The notes under the pieces were generated by a model. That model worked only from the letters and a program-made list of their open reading frames with translations. It was not told where the DNA came from and did not search any database. From Escherichia coli (lineage in GTDB: Bacteria > Pseudomonadota > Gammaproteobacteria > Enterobacterales > Enterobacteriaceae), in assembly GCF_030013595.1 (NCBI RefSeq), contig NZ_CP122768.1: a stretch of 64,000 bases of DNA; one strand, written 5' to 3'. Every line of letters begins with the position of its first letter. Position 1 is the first letter of the stretch. The translations under genes were made by a program, and so were the position numbers. This document shows, in pieces, positions 39,057-52,311 of the stretch.

Positions 39057-40104
39057 GCGCCGGGATTTACCCCCTAACCTTTATATAAGAAACAATGGAT
39101 ATTACTGCTACAGGGACCCAAGGACGGGTAAAGAGTTTGGATTAGGCAGAGACAGGCGAATCGCAATCACTGAAGCCATACAGGCCAACATTGAGTTATT
39201 TTCAGGACACAAACACAAGCCTCTGACAGCGAGAATCAACAGTGATAATTCCGTTACGTTACATTCATGGCTTGATCGCTACGAAAAAATCCTGGCCAGC
39301 AGAGGAATCAAGCAGAAGACACTCATAAATTACATGAGCAAAATTAAAGCAATAAGGAGGGGTCTGCCTGATGCTCCACTTGAAGACATCACCACAAAAG
39401 AAATTGCGGCAATGCTCAATGGATACATAGACGAGGGCAAGGCGGCGTCAGCCAAGTTAATCAGATCAACACTGAGCGATGCATTCCGAGAGGCAATAGC
39501 TGAAGGCCATATAACAACAAACCCTGTCGCTGCCACTCGCGCAGCAAAATCAGAGGTAAGGAGATCAAGACTTACGGCTGACGAATACCTGAAAATTTAT
39601 CAAGCAGCAGAATCATCACCATGTTGGCTCAGACTTGCAATGGAACTGGCTGTTGTTACCGGGCAACGAGTTGGTGATTTATGCGAAATGAAGTGGTCTG
39701 ATATCGTAGATGGATATCTTTATGTCGAGCAAAGCAAAACAGGCGTAAAAATTGCCATCCCAACAACATTGCATGTTGATGCTCTCGGGATATCAATGAA
39801 GGAAACACTTGATAAATGCAAAGAGATTCTTGGCGGAGAAACCATAATTGCATCTACTCGTCGTGAACCGCTTTCATCCGGCACAGTATCAAGGTATTTT
39901 ATGCGCGCACGAAAAGCATCAGGTCTTTCCTTCGAAGGGGATCCGCCTACCTTTCACGAGTTGCGCAGTTTGTCTGCAAGACTCTATGAGAAGCAGATAA
40001 GCGATAAGTTTGCTCAACATCTTCTCGGGCATAAGTCGGACACCATGGCATCACAGTATCGTGATGACAGAGGCAGGGAGTGGGACAAAATTGAAATCAA
40101 ATAA
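39034..40104 (+). CDS. int: Tyrosine integrase Int (lambda type)
   Basis: 356 aa, MGRRRSHERRDLPPNLYIRNNGYYCYRDPRTGKEFGLGRDRRIAITEAIQ... with ...HELRSLSARLYE...LLGHKSDTMASQYRDD. Confidence 0.95.
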   Translation: MGRRRSHERRDLPPNLYIRNNGYYCYRDPRTGKEFGLGRDRRIAITEAIQANIELFSGHKHKPLTARINSDNSVTLHSWLDRYEKILASRGIKQKTLINYMSKIKAIRRGLPDAPLEDITTKEIAAMLNGYIDEGKAASAKLIRSTLSDAFREAIAEGHITTNPVAATRAAKSEVRRSRLTADEYLKIYQAAESSPCWLRLAMELAVVTGQRVGDLCEMKWSDIVDGYLYVEQSKTGVKIAIPTTLHVDALGISMKETLDKCKEILGGETIIASTRREPLSSGTVSRYFMRARKASGLSFEGDPPTFHELRSLSARLYEKQISDKFAQHLLGHKSDTMASQYRDDRGREWDKIEIK

Positions 40105-40177
40105 TGATTTTATTTTGACTGATAGTGACCTGTTCGTTGCAACAAATTGATAAGCAATGCTTTTTTATAATGCCAAC

Positions 40178-40192
40178 TTAGTATAAAAAAGC
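40178..40192 (-). other. att core (GCTTTTTTATACTAA), attL-type junction B-O-P'
   Basis: The minus strand reads tgaagcct-GCTTTTTTATACTAA-GTTGGCATTA. The P' arm is on the int side and the bacterial arm is on the ybhC side. Confidence 0.9.
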
Positions 40193-40238
40193 AGGCTTCA
40201 ACGGATTCATTTTTCTATTTCATAGCCCGGAGCAACCT

Positions 40239-41522
40239 GTGAACACATTTTCAGTTTCCCGTCTGGCGCTGGCATTGGCTTTTGGCGTGACGCTGACCGC
40301 CTGTAGCTCAACACCGCCCGATCAACGTCCTTCTGATCAAACCGCGCCTGGTACCTCTTCTCGCCCGATTCTGTCGGCAAAAGAAGCGCAGAATTTCGAT
40401 GCTCAACACTATTTTGCATCCCTGACACCAGGTGCGGCAGCGTGGAATCCTTCCCCGATTACCCTGCCTGCGCAACCTGACTTTGTTGTCGGCCCGGCGG
40501 GTACTCAAGGTGTAACGCATACCACGATTCAGGCGGCGGTAGATGCGGCAATTATCAAGCGCACCAACAAGCGCCAGTATATTGCCGTGATGCCTGGTGA
40601 GTATCAGGGAACGGTGTATGTCCCTGCCGCTCCGGGTGGAATTACTCTGTACGGTACAGGTGAAAAACCGATTGATGTGAAGATTGGGCTTTCCCTTGAT
40701 GGTGGCATGAGCCCTGCCGACTGGCGTCACGACGTCAACCCGCGCGGCAAATATATGCCAGGTAAACCGGCGTGGTATATGTACGATAGCTGCCAGAGCA
40801 AACGCAGCGACAGTATCGGCGTTCTCTGCTCTGCGGTCTTCTGGTCACAAAACAATGGCCTGCAACTGCAAAACCTGACCATCGAAAACACGCTGGGCGA
40901 TAGCGTAGATGCGGGTAACCATCCGGCGGTGGCACTGCGTACTGATGGCGACAAAGTGCAGATCAATAACGTCAACATTCTCGGTCGTCAGAACACCTTC
41001 TTTGTCACCAACAGCGGTGTGCAGAACCGTCTGGAAACCAACCGTCAGCCGCGTACTCTGGTGACCAACAGTTACATTGAAGGGGATGTGGATATCGTTT
41101 CTGGTCGCGGCGCAGTGGTGTTCGATAACACCGAATTCCGCGTGGTGAACTCACGTACTCAGCAAGAAGCGTATGTGTTTGCACCGGCAACACTGTCTAA
41201 CATCTATTACGGTTTCCTCGCCGTAAACAGCCGTTTCAATGCTTCCGGTGATGGCGTGGCGCAACTGGGCCGCTCGCTGGATGTTGATGCCAATACCAAC
41301 GGTCAGGTGGTGATCCGTGATAGCGCCATCAACGAAGGTTTTAACACAGCCAAACCGTGGGCTGATGCGGTGATCTCTAATCGTCCGTTTGCGGGTAACA
41401 CCGGCAGCGTTGATGATAACGACGAAGTACAGCGTAATCTGAATGACACTAACTACAACCGCATGTGGGAATACAATAACCGCGGCGTGGGTAGCAAAGT
41501 GGTTGCAGAGGCGAAGAAGTAA
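40239..41522 (+). CDS. ybhC: YbhC, pectinesterase-family outer-membrane lipoprotein
   Basis: GTG start. MNTFSVSRLALALAFGVTLTACSS contains a lipobox. 427 aa. Confidence 0.9.
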   Translation: MNTFSVSRLALALAFGVTLTACSSTPPDQRPSDQTAPGTSSRPILSAKEAQNFDAQHYFASLTPGAAAWNPSPITLPAQPDFVVGPAGTQGVTHTTIQAAVDAAIIKRTNKRQYIAVMPGEYQGTVYVPAAPGGITLYGTGEKPIDVKIGLSLDGGMSPADWRHDVNPRGKYMPGKPAWYMYDSCQSKRSDSIGVLCSAVFWSQNNGLQLQNLTIENTLGDSVDAGNHPAVALRTDGDKVQINNVNILGRQNTFFVTNSGVQNRLETNRQPRTLVTNSYIEGDVDIVSGRGAVVFDNTEFRVVNSRTQQEAYVFAPATLSNIYYGFLAVNSRFNASGDGVAQLGRSLDVDANTNGQVVIRDSAINEGFNTAKPWADAVISNRPFAGNTGSVDDNDEVQRNLNDTNYNRMWEYNNRGVGSKVVAEAKK

Positions 41523-41537
41523 GAGCTATTAACTATT

Positions 41538-42309
<772 letters not shown>

Positions 42310-42413
42310 ATCAGCATACTTGTCCTTAGCCTTCTGCAGTGACAGCTGGTAGTACAGCGTGCTTCTGGCCAGCCCTGCAGCCTTTAACAGGTCAGACTGG
42401 CAGTGTCCGCACC

Positions 42414-42944
42414 TCAGGCTCCGGATGACTTTCGTTTTTTCTCCAGCTCCTGGCGCTTTTTTTCCAGGAGATGCTCCTGCATGGCTTTCAGATATGCATT
42501 TTCTGCGCGAAGATAACGCAGCTCATTCTTCATCTCTTCCGGCGTCATGTTTGCCTCGTTTTCATGGGTATCATCAGAACGGGTCATGCTTTTCTCCTTC
42601 CTGCGCCTGATAAAGGCCTCATTACCAGATTTGCGGTAGCCTTTTATCCAGTTTTTAACCGTGTTGTGGCTGGGAATGTTAAACCGGGCAGCTACCCGGG
42701 GTAGAGACTCAGAATGCCCGAGAGCATAAAGAACCACGCAAAGTTTATCTTCAGGAGAATAGCTACGCTTGTGTCTGCAATCCAGTGCACGAGGACCGTG
42801 AAGAAGAAAAAGATTAATCCAGTGTGAGAGGCTGGTGTGAGAAAGTTGAAAGAGTTTTGCCGTAGAAATGATGCCTGCATGACCAGCCAGGTAATGATTT
42901 ACAGCGGCAAGTTTTACTTCAAATGAATGTTTCATAAACTGCAC
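42414..42944 (-). CDS. IS transposase OrfA (HTH)
   Basis: 176 aa (alternative start MKHSF at 42935). Near the 3' end is the A AAA AAG slippery heptamer (42456-42463 is an 8-nt span that includes one extra 5' A). Confidence 0.85.
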   Translation of the reverse strand: MQFMKHSFEVKLAAVNHYLAGHAGIISTAKLFQLSHTSLSHWINLFLLHGPRALDCRHKRSYSPEDKLCVVLYALGHSESLPRVAARFNIPSHNTVKNWIKGYRKSGNEAFIRRRKEKSMTRSDDTHENEANMTPEEMKNELRYLRAENAYLKAMQEHLLEKKRQELEKKRKSSGA

Positions 42945-42986
42945 CTTCAGATGTCAGATTATGTCCAACATTTGGGGTGCAGTTCA

Positions 42987-43085
42987 GTAAACGCCTTATC
43001 CGGCCTACGGTTCGATGCGATTTGTAGGTCGGATAAGATGCGCCAGCATCGCATCCGACAATAAGTGCCGAATGCGACCTACATT
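42987..43085. repeat. REP/BIME cluster (right half of the split PU plus further PUs)
   Basis: gtaaacgccttatccggcctac, gtaggtcggataagatgcgccagcatcgcatccgaca and gccgaatgcgacctac. Confidence 0.8.
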
Positions 43086-43098
43086 CACATGGCGCTTT

Positions 43099-45360
43099 TT
43101 ACATCTGACGGTTTTTATTGAAGTTAATCAAACTACCCGCCTTGATAATCTCGCGCTCTTCGGCCGTCAGGCTTTCCATGTAAAGCGTAATTTCCGTTAC
43201 CGGCGCATCTTCATGGATCACATAACCTTTAAACGTCGTACCCGGATTATCCAGCGCTGCTTTAATGCCAGGGATGTAAATGTAATCCCCCACTTCAAAC
43301 GTTGGTGCTTCCGCCATCTGCAGCGGTAACATCCCCCAGTTGATGACGTTAGAACGGTAGCGTTTAGTCGCGTACTCCTCGGCAATATTCGCCAGACCGC
43401 CAATCACACGCTGGCAGCTCGCCGCCTGCTCACGCGCAGAACCATCGCCTGGTTTCACCGCATAGACCATGCTGCCAATTTCAGTTTGCAGCGGATCAAT
43501 ATGCTCCTGACCAGCAATCTGCTTAATGCGCGCAAACACCTCTGTCAGCTCGCTGACATTCCCCGCCAGACGCTGATTTTCCAGCTCAGCAGTCGCTTTA
43601 CTTCTGCCAACATAACCTGGATCGCGGCGTGACAGGGTAAACTCCGCCAGACCAATCGGATTTGAACGATAAGAAGAGGTTTCACCGGAAGGGATCAGTT
43701 CGTCGGTGGTGGTCACTTCGTCGAGGATCTTCGAGCACACTTTGAGGACGATATTGTCAGTTAGCGCCCCCAATTCTGGCCAGTCTTTTATGTTCGGTCC
43801 GTAAATCAATGGTTGCTGGGTCGCCCCTTTCACAAAGCCCTGATAAACACGGTTTTTATACGGAGTTACATCGAAGGCGTACTCCGGTACGTTGTCCCAG
43901 CAATCAAGTTCGCTGGCAGAGGTTAAATAGCCACCGTTTGCCGCAGTCGCAGCGATAGAACGAGCGTCCATCAACGCCACCGCTGACATCTGCCCATTGG
44001 CTGGCTTAGAGCCTTCGCGGTTCGGGAAGTTACGCGTGGTGTGGCGAATACTCAAACCGTTGTTGATTGGCGTATCGCCCGCGCCAAAGCATGGGCCGCA
44101 GAACGCGGTTCTGATGATTGCGCCTGCGCCAATCAAATCTGCTACCACGCCTTTTTTGGCTAAATCCATAAACACCGGCTGTGATGACGGGTAAACCGCT
44201 AACGAGAAGGTGTCATTGCCACAGGATTGACCGCGCAGCGCATTCGCCGCCGCGATGACGTTTTCATAGTTACCGCCAGAACAGCCCGCGATAATCCCCT
44301 GCTGCACTTTCAGGCGACCATTTTCCACTTTATCCAGCAGCGAGAGTTTGGCTTTACCGTGCGCCACGCGTTCGGACTCAATTTCAATCTCACGCAGAAT
44401 ATCGGTCAGGTTCTGGTTCAGCGTGTCGATTTCATATACGTTGCTCGGGTGGAACGGCAGCGCAATCATTGGTTTGATGGCGCTTAAATCAACGCTGATG
44501 CAGCCATCGTAGTATGCCATCGGTTGAGGGTTAAGCTGGCAGTAATCCTGGCCGCGTCCGTGCAGCGCCAGCCAGTTATGGACTTCTTCATCGGTTTGCC
44601 AGACAGAACTTAAACAGGTCGTTTCAGTGGTCATAACGTCAACGCTGTTACGGAAATCGGTAGAGAGCGCAGCAACACCGGGACCTACGAATTCCATCAC
44701 TTTGTTTTTGACGTAGCCGTTTTTGAACACGGCACCGATGATAGCCAGCGCCACATCCTGTGGCCCCACATACGGCGCAGGCTTTCCGGTCAAATGCACC
44801 GCAACAACTCCCGGATAGTCGATATCCCATGTGTCATTAAGCAGCTGTTTTACCAACTCACCGCCACCCTCACCGACTGCCATTGTCCCTAATGCACCGT
44901 AACGGGTGTGGCTGTCTGACCCGAGGATCATTTTGCCGCCGCCTGCCATCATCTCACGCATATATTGATGGATGACCGCAATATGCGGAGGCACAAAAAT
45001 ACCGCCATAACGCTGAGCCGCCGATAAACCAAAAACATGGTCATCACCGTTAATGGTGCCGCCGACGGCGCAAAGTGAGTTATGGCAGTTGGTCAGCACA
45101 TACGGCAGCGGGAAACGTTCCATACCGGACGCTTTAGCGGTCTGTACAATACCAACAAAGGTAATATCGTGAGAGGCTAATGAATCAAACTTAATTTTAA
45201 GTTTATCCATATTTCCGGACGTATTATGAGAAGAGAGAATAGACCAGGCAATAGTGCCTTTTTTTGCTTCTTCTTTTTTAATTTCGCCGGTGAAATGTTC
45301 TTCGGCAATTATTTCGTTATTACTGGCGAGAAACACGCCTTTTTCAGATAACTTGATCAT
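43099..45360 (-). CDS. ybhJ: YbhJ, aconitase-family protein
   Basis: The start is refined to [23 protein letters not shown] (753 aa). It has aconitase motifs (GSDSHT..., CGPCFG). Confidence 0.85.
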   Translation of the reverse strand: MIKLSEKGVFLASNNEIIAEEHFTGEIKKEEAKKGTIAWSILSSHNTSGNMDKLKIKFDSLASHDITFVGIVQTAKASGMERFPLPYVLTNCHNSLCAVGGTINGDDHVFGLSAAQRYGGIFVPPHIAVIHQYMREMMAGGGKMILGSDSHTRYGALGTMAVGEGGGELVKQLLNDTWDIDYPGVVAVHLTGKPAPYVGPQDVALAIIGAVFKNGYVKNKVMEFVGPGVAALSTDFRNSVDVMTTETTCLSSVWQTDEEVHNWLALHGRGQDYCQLNPQPMAYYDGCISVDLSAIKPMIALPFHPSNVYEIDTLNQNLTDILREIEIESERVAHGKAKLSLLDKVENGRLKVQQGIIAGCSGGNYENVIAAANALRGQSCGNDTFSLAVYPSSQPVFMDLAKKGVVADLIGAGAIIRTAFCGPCFGAGDTPINNGLSIRHTTRNFPNREGSKPANGQMSAVALMDARSIAATAANGGYLTSASELDCWDNVPEYAFDVTPYKNRVYQGFVKGATQQPLIYGPNIKDWPELGALTDNIVLKVCSKILDEVTTTDELIPSGETSSYRSNPIGLAEFTLSRRDPGYVGRSKATAELENQRLAGNVSELTEVFARIKQIAGQEHIDPLQTEIGSMVYAVKPGDGSAREQAASCQRVIGGLANIAEEYATKRYRSNVINWGMLPLQMAEAPTFEVGDYIYIPGIKAALDNPGTTFKGYVIHEDAPVTEITLYMESLTAEEREIIKAGSLINFNKNRQM

Positions 45361-45419
45361 CAAATGCTCCAGATATCTGCGCACCGTGAAGTGCGCAGAA
45401 AGATAATAAATGGATATAC

Positions 45420-45540
45420 TCTAAATAATTCGAGTTGCAGGAAGGCGACAAGCGAGTGAATCCCCAGGAGCTTACATAAGTAAGTGACTGGGGTGAGCGA
45501 ACGCAGACGCAGCACATGCAACTTGAAGTATGACGAGTAT
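45420..45540. repeat. ERIC/IRU intergenic repeat
   Basis: It contains GTGAATCCCCAGGAGCTTACATAAGTAAGTGACTGGGGTGAGCG, the ERIC core. Confidence 0.85.
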
Positions 45541-45542
45541 AT

Positions 45543-46976
45543 TTACAGCATGTTCCAGCCGATCAGCATATTCCACCACCACACGCCGAGGGTGATATGC
45601 ACCAGGAAGGTTAATATCGTCAGTACCGCACCGACCAACCACCAGGATTTAATATCGTTGTAACCCACGCCAAAGATGACCGGACCTGCCGCGCCGCCAT
45701 AGTGAGTAACCATGCCGCCATAGGAGTTAGAGAACAACAGTGCCAGCGCGGTTAACATTAACGGTGCGCCGGAGACGTTCGCCAGCATGGCAAATACCGG
45801 TAACATAGCAACGATATAGGCACTACCGGAAGCGAAGAAATAACGAACGATGATGCTGAGGAAAATAATAACGAAGAAAGCAACGTTACCGTGACCATCA
45901 AATGCCAGGTTATTTTTAAAGACTTCAGCTAACCATTCGAAAAATTTAACTTTCGATAATAAGGAGCTTAAGCCGATAATACCGCCGTACCAGATTAAGG
46001 TATTCCATCCGCCTTTATTTTTAACCACGTCTTCCCAGGTAACGATACCCAGCAGCAGCATGGTCGCCATAACAACGATTGCCACGGTGGATTCATCAAC
46101 CCCCAGAGACTTACTGAAAATCCAGCCCAGTAGCGCCAGCACAAAGACACCGAGCAGCATTTTTTCGCGGATTTTCATCGGTCCCAGTTCGGCAAGGCCC
46201 GCTTTGGCGATGGTTTTGTTATCCACCTTCTTAATTTCTGGCGGATACATGGTGTAAATCACCAGCGGGGTGACCAGCAGCATAATGATGCCCGGCAATC
46301 CGGCTGCCAGCGCCCATCCACCCCAGCTAATTTGCAGGTGCAGAATGTCGTTGATCATTTTCAGCGCCAGAATGTTCCCCGCCATTGCGGTAAAGAACAT
46401 ATAGCTGGTGGTTTTGGTGACCATGTAAATGGACATCATCAGGTAATGTCCGACACGACGCGGACTTTTTTCCGGTTCGGACCCCAAAGCCACCGCCACG
46501 CTGTTGATGATCGGTAACACAATGCCGCCCGCACGCGCGGTGTTAGACGGTGTTGCCGGAGCCAGTACCAGATCGAGGAATACCGTAACGTAACCCAGAC
46601 CCAGCGTGGTGTTACCGATTTTACCAATCAGCAGATAGGCTATACGTTTACCTAAGCCGGTGGTCACAAATGCGGCGCTTAAGGTAAACGCCGAGAACAC
46701 CAGCCAGGTGGTACCTGAAGAGTAACCGCTTAATACGGCGGTGGTCTTAAACGCACCGTCGGATAAGTTACCGACCACCACCATTGAGGCAGCAACGGCA
46801 ATTAACAGTACGACAGGTTCCGGGAAAGGCTTGATAACCAGCCCCACAATGGCCGCCAGGTAAATACCAAAAAGCACCCACGCCAGTTCGCTTAATCCTG
46901 CCGGAGCTGGCATAAAGCCAATAATACATGGGATCGCTAATATCAGAATTAGCTTCCATAACGATTTTTTATTCAT
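45543..46976 (-). CDS. ybhI: YbhI, DASS-family anion:sodium symporter
   Basis: A 477-aa polytopic membrane protein in K-12 order ybhH-ybhI-ybhJ. Confidence 0.85.
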   Translation of the reverse strand: MNKKSLWKLILILAIPCIIGFMPAPAGLSELAWVLFGIYLAAIVGLVIKPFPEPVVLLIAVAASMVVVGNLSDGAFKTTAVLSGYSSGTTWLVFSAFTLSAAFVTTGLGKRIAYLLIGKIGNTTLGLGYVTVFLDLVLAPATPSNTARAGGIVLPIINSVAVALGSEPEKSPRRVGHYLMMSIYMVTKTTSYMFFTAMAGNILALKMINDILHLQISWGGWALAAGLPGIIMLLVTPLVIYTMYPPEIKKVDNKTIAKAGLAELGPMKIREKMLLGVFVLALLGWIFSKSLGVDESTVAIVVMATMLLLGIVTWEDVVKNKGGWNTLIWYGGIIGLSSLLSKVKFFEWLAEVFKNNLAFDGHGNVAFFVIIFLSIIVRYFFASGSAYIVAMLPVFAMLANVSGAPLMLTALALLFSNSYGGMVTHYGGAAGPVIFGVGYNDIKSWWLVGAVLTILTFLVHITLGVWWWNMLIGWNML

Positions 46977-47051
46977 TTAAAATCCTGTTCTTTCTGTATG
47001 ACTCATACAGAAGTCCTTTATTGATTGTCCTTATCCTGACAACGAATTTTT

Positions 47052-48104
47052 TCAGGGAAGAAAAACTTCACCGGAAAATATTTTTCTGGTTGTCCGAATA
47101 ACAGATGCGCGTAACGTCGTGGCATCCTGACCTTCATTACTTAAATGAACGTCGAGCGCACCACTGGGGTGTTCAATATTGATATTGCCGTATCCTACAG
47201 AAGGGACGATTTGTCGGGTGACGGTGCCTTCCAATGCACAACTACTGGAAATGGCAATAGCACCGGTTATCGCCAGCGCGCGATGGCAAGAATGCGGCAT
47301 AAAATAACGCACATTAATTGCTCCGCCTTTCTGCGCTGGAGAAATAAGCACAGGTTTAGGGATAACCATATTACTGACATCGCCTAAGCCCATTGCTTTA
47401 CCCGCTTGTAGACGGATAGATTCAATGCGGGCTAATAATGCTTTGTCGGCATCCAGCTCCGCCGGTAATTCATAGCCTGTTTTTCCCAGATATTCAGCAG
47501 GAATAATGACAACTGGCATCGCCATATCGATACAGGTCACCGGGACATCGTCAAAATAATCAATCTGATTATCCGTCGGGAAGACTTTTCCGGTTTTGGT
47601 TCCGGCGGCATTCAGGAAAGTGAGCGCAACCGGTGCGGCAGTACCCGGTACGCCGTCAATTCTGGCGCAACCCTCGTACTCGACAACACCATTTGGCGTT
47701 TGCACATCAGCTTCGATGAACGTACCCGTATTGACGTTGCGGATACGTACGCGGGTAACTGGCGAAGTCGCTGCAATCAAACCATTTTCAATGGCGAATG
47801 CCCCAACGCCAGACAGCATATTGCCGCAGTTAGGCGTGGTATCGACACGTTGCTCATGGACGATAACTTGAGCAAACAGATAATCGACATCTGCACGCGG
47901 ATCGCTGGAGCGGCTAATAATGGCGACTTTACTGGTCAGCGGATTACCGCCGCCAATACCGTCAATTTCCAGATCGTTACCGGAACCCATAATTGCCATC
48001 AATATTTTATCGCGCTGCGTTTGATCTTCGGGTAGATGTTCCGCTAACAGGAACGCGCCCCTCGAGGTTCCACCTCGCATCATCACGCAGGGTATTTTTT
48101 TCAT
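47052..48104 (-). CDS. ybhH: YbhH, PrpF-family isomerase
   Basis: 350 aa, MKKIPCVMMRGGTSRGAFLLAEHLPED... Confidence 0.85.
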   Translation of the reverse strand: MKKIPCVMMRGGTSRGAFLLAEHLPEDQTQRDKILMAIMGSGNDLEIDGIGGGNPLTSKVAIISRSSDPRADVDYLFAQVIVHEQRVDTTPNCGNMLSGVGAFAIENGLIAATSPVTRVRIRNVNTGTFIEADVQTPNGVVEYEGCARIDGVPGTAAPVALTFLNAAGTKTGKVFPTDNQIDYFDDVPVTCIDMAMPVVIIPAEYLGKTGYELPAELDADKALLARIESIRLQAGKAMGLGDVSNMVIPKPVLISPAQKGGAINVRYFMPHSCHRALAITGAIAISSSCALEGTVTRQIVPSVGYGNINIEHPSGALDVHLSNEGQDATTLRASVIRTTRKIFSGEVFLP

Positions 48105-48287
48105 AATAATGCCCTCAATTTAAAAACATAACTTATTGCGATATGGTTACATTAAGGGCAAAGCATCTCTAATGACTTTAGCTCAACGATTAATAACATT
48201 TTTTCATTAATTTAAGTTGGCTAAATGCAGTTAAAATTTTTAACGGCCAGCTACCCAAAATCGACGCTTCCATTTTCCGGAGTAATA

Positions 48288-49241
48288 ATGAAGCATGAAT
48301 TATCAAGTATGAAGGCATTTGTCATACTGGCAGAGTCCAGTTCATTTAACAATGCCGCTAAATTACTCAATATTACGCAACCTGCATTAACGCGAAGAAT
48401 AAAAAAGATGGAGGAAGATTTACATATCCAACTATTTGAGCGTACAACTCGCAAGGTTACGTTAACAAAAGCAGGAAAAAGATTGCTCCCGGAGGCGCGG
48501 GAATTAATAAAGAAACTCGATGAAACGCTTTTTAATATTCGTGATATGAATGCTTATCATCGTGGTATGGTGACGTTAGCGTGTATTCCGACTGCAGTAT
48601 TTTATTTTTTACCGCTGGCAATCGGTAAATTTAATGAGCTGTATCCCAATATTAAAGTGCGAATTCTGGAACAAGGCACGAATAATTGCATGGAATCGGT
48701 GCTGTGTAACGAATCAGACTTTGGCATAAACATGAACAACGTCACAAATTCATCCATTGATTTTACCCCACTGGTCAACGAGCCGTTCGTGCTGGCCTGT
48801 CGGCGTGACCATCCATTGGCCAAAAAGCAGCTTGTTGAATGGCAGGAGTTAGTGGGTTACAAAATGATTGGCGTACGTTCCTCCAGCGGCAACCGATTGT
48901 TGATAGAACAACAGCTAGCCGACAAGCCCTGGAAGCTGGACTGGTTTTACGAAGTGCGTCATCTTTCGACGTCATTAGGACTGGTGGAGGCAGGACTGGG
49001 GATTTCGGCGCTTCCTGGTCTGGCAATGCCCCATGCGCCCTATTCTTCGATTATTGGTATCCCACTGGTGGAACCCGTTATACGTCGGACATTGGGGATT
49101 ATTCGCCGCAAAGATGCCGTGCTTTCTCCGGCAGCTGAACGCTTTTTTGCCTTGCTGATTAATTTGTGGACTGACGATAAAGACAATTTGTGGACCAATA
49201 TCGTCGAACGCCAGAGACATGCGTTACAGGAGATAGGTTAA
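48288..49241 (+). CDS. ybhD: YbhD, LysR-family transcriptional regulator
   Basis: The start is refined to MKHELSSMKAFVILAESSSFNNAAKLLNITQPALTRRIKKMEEDL (317 aa). It is divergent from ybhH. Confidence 0.85.
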   Translation: MKHELSSMKAFVILAESSSFNNAAKLLNITQPALTRRIKKMEEDLHIQLFERTTRKVTLTKAGKRLLPEARELIKKLDETLFNIRDMNAYHRGMVTLACIPTAVFYFLPLAIGKFNELYPNIKVRILEQGTNNCMESVLCNESDFGINMNNVTNSSIDFTPLVNEPFVLACRRDHPLAKKQLVEWQELVGYKMIGVRSSSGNRLLIEQQLADKPWKLDWFYEVRHLSTSLGLVEAGLGISALPGLAMPHAPYSSIIGIPLVEPVIRRTLGIIRRKDAVLSPAAERFFALLINLWTDDKDNLWTNIVERQRHALQEIG

Positions 49242-49281
49242 TACACCGGCGCAGGAGAGACTGCGCCGGGTAAATCAGCGG

Positions 49282-50313
<1,032 letters not shown>

Positions 50314-50431
50314 CTAAAATTAGTCGCTTTTGGCGGTGAATGCTGAATTAAAACGCAGAATTTTGTCCGATAGTGGTATCGGTGTACCATTCGCGCAGAC
50401 GAAAATTCTTAACCTTAATCTGGAATACGCC

Positions 50432-51250
50432 ATGACCACACGCGTGATTGCTCTCGACTTAGACGGCACCTTATTGACCCCGAAAAAGACCCTGCTTCCT
50501 TCATCGATAGAAGCTCTGGCCCGTGCTCGCGAAGCAGGCTATCAATTAATCATCGTCACAGGTCGCCATCACGTCGCTATTCATCCTTTTTATCAGGCGC
50601 TGGCGCTGGATACACCTGCTATTTGCTGTAATGGCACCTATTTGTATGATTATCATGCAAAAACAGTGCTGGAAGCGGACCCAATGCCCGTTAATAAAGC
50701 CCTGCAACTCATTGAGATGCTGAATGAACACCACATTCACGGTCTGATGTATGTGGATGATGCGATGGTCTATGAGCACCCGACCGGGCATGTCATTCGC
50801 ACGTCTAACTGGGCGCAAACCCTGCCGCCGGAACAGCGTCCGACTTTCACACAAGTCGCTTCTCTGGCTGAAACGGCGCAACAAGTTAACGCCGTATGGA
50901 AGTTCGCCCTGACGCACGACGACCTGCCGCAATTGCAGCATTTTGGTAAGCATGTCGAACATGAACTGGGACTGGAGTGTGAATGGTCCTGGCACGATCA
51001 GGTTGATATTGCACGCGGCGGCAACAGCAAAGGTAAACGTTTGACGAAATGGGTTGAGGCACAAGGTTGGTCGATGGAAAACGTCGTGGCATTCGGCGAT
51101 AACTTTAATGATATCAGTATGCTGGAAGCCGCTGGTACAGGCGTGGCGATGGGCAACGCCGATGACGCGGTAAAAGCGCGCGCCAACATTGTGATTGGTG
51201 ATAACACCACCGACAGCATTGCCCGGTTCATTTATAGCCACCTGATTTAA
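50432..51250 (+). CDS. ybhA: YbhA, HAD/Cof-type pyridoxal phosphate phosphatase
   Basis: The start is refined to MTTRVIALDLDGTLLTPKK (272 aa). Confidence 0.9.
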   Translation: MTTRVIALDLDGTLLTPKKTLLPSSIEALARAREAGYQLIIVTGRHHVAIHPFYQALALDTPAICCNGTYLYDYHAKTVLEADPMPVNKALQLIEMLNEHHIHGLMYVDDAMVYEHPTGHVIRTSNWAQTLPPEQRPTFTQVASLAETAQQVNAVWKFALTHDDLPQLQHFGKHVEHELGLECEWSWHDQVDIARGGNSKGKRLTKWVEAQGWSMENVVAFGDNFNDISMLEAAGTGVAMGNADDAVKARANIVIGDNTTDSIARFIYSHLI

Positions 51251-52309
51251 TCAGGCAGTTATCGACACACTTTTAATTTGCGCGTACAGCCACAGGCCAG
51301 GTTTGATCGCCAGTTCATCCCTGGCCCACGGGCTGATACGCGCCCACAGCGTTTTACCGCCGACTTCCAGCTCCACTTCCACCTGGCCGTTGTCGTCATA
51401 ACTATTAACAACTTTTGCCCGCAATACGTTACGAATGCTGGTTTGCTGCGGCGGTTGTAAAACCAGCGAGACATCGGAAGCCTGAATGCGGATGCGTAGC
51501 GCAGCTTGCAGCGGTTCGTCCAGCTTATTGACCCACAAATGCTGATCGCCCAGCGCCAGCGCGGTCATCGCGTAATGCGGATGATGCTCAAGCACCGTCA
51601 CTTTCAGAATGCTACTTTGTTGCTCTTTCGGCAGCCACGGATTCATCACGCTACTGCCCCACACTTCCTCCAGCGCGCCAAAGGCTTTCACCTGACCGTT
51701 TTCCAGTACCATCACTCTGTCTGCCAGATGGAGGATCTCATCCAGCGAATGGCTGACATACAACATCGGAATGTTGATTTCCCGTGTCAGCCGTTGCAGA
51801 TAAGGCAACAGTTCGCGTTTACGCGGAATATCCAGTGACGCCAGCGGTTCATCCAGCAACAGCAATTCCGGTGCTGTCAGCAAAGCCCGACCAATCGCCA
51901 CGCGCTGTTTTTCGCCTCCGGACAGGCTGCCTGGTAAACGGTCAAGCAACGGTTCAATGCCTAAAAGCGCCACCAGCTTATCGAACTGAACGACCATACT
52001 TTTCGACATGCCGTAGCGCAGATTGCCACGCACTTTGTAATGCGGGAACAGCCGCGCATCCTGAAAAACATAGCCAACGCGACGCTTTTCCGGCGTCAGG
52101 CAGATACCTTTTTCGGCATCATTTAGTACCCGCCCATTGAGGACAATCCGCCCTTTTTGCGGGCGCGTCAGTCCACTGATGGCGTTAATCAGCGAAGTTT
52201 TTCCGGCACCGGAGACGCCAAAGATAGCAGTGATGCCATTGGCGGGCAGCGTTTCATTAATGATCAGGCAATGGTTGCCCAACGTCTGGGAAAAATTCAG
52301 TTCCAGCAT
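51251..52309 (-). CDS. modC: Molybdate ABC transporter ATPase
   Basis: 352 aa with Walker [10 protein letters not shown] and signature LSGGEKQR. Confidence 0.95.
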   Translation of the reverse strand: MLELNFSQTLGNHCLIINETLPANGITAIFGVSGAGKTSLINAISGLTRPQKGRIVLNGRVLNDAEKGICLTPEKRRVGYVFQDARLFPHYKVRGNLRYGMSKSMVVQFDKLVALLGIEPLLDRLPGSLSGGEKQRVAIGRALLTAPELLLLDEPLASLDIPRKRELLPYLQRLTREINIPMLYVSHSLDEILHLADRVMVLENGQVKAFGALEEVWGSSVMNPWLPKEQQSSILKVTVLEHHPHYAMTALALGDQHLWVNKLDEPLQAALRIRIQASDVSLVLQPPQQTSIRNVLRAKVVNSYDDNGQVEVELEVGGKTLWARISPWARDELAIKPGLWLYAQIKSVSITA

Positions 52310-52311
52310 GA

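Noticed and set aside
50546-51241. 231-aa minus-strand ORF
   Set aside because: It is antisense to ybhA (HAD phosphatase), and the sense frame carries the canonical DLDGT motif.
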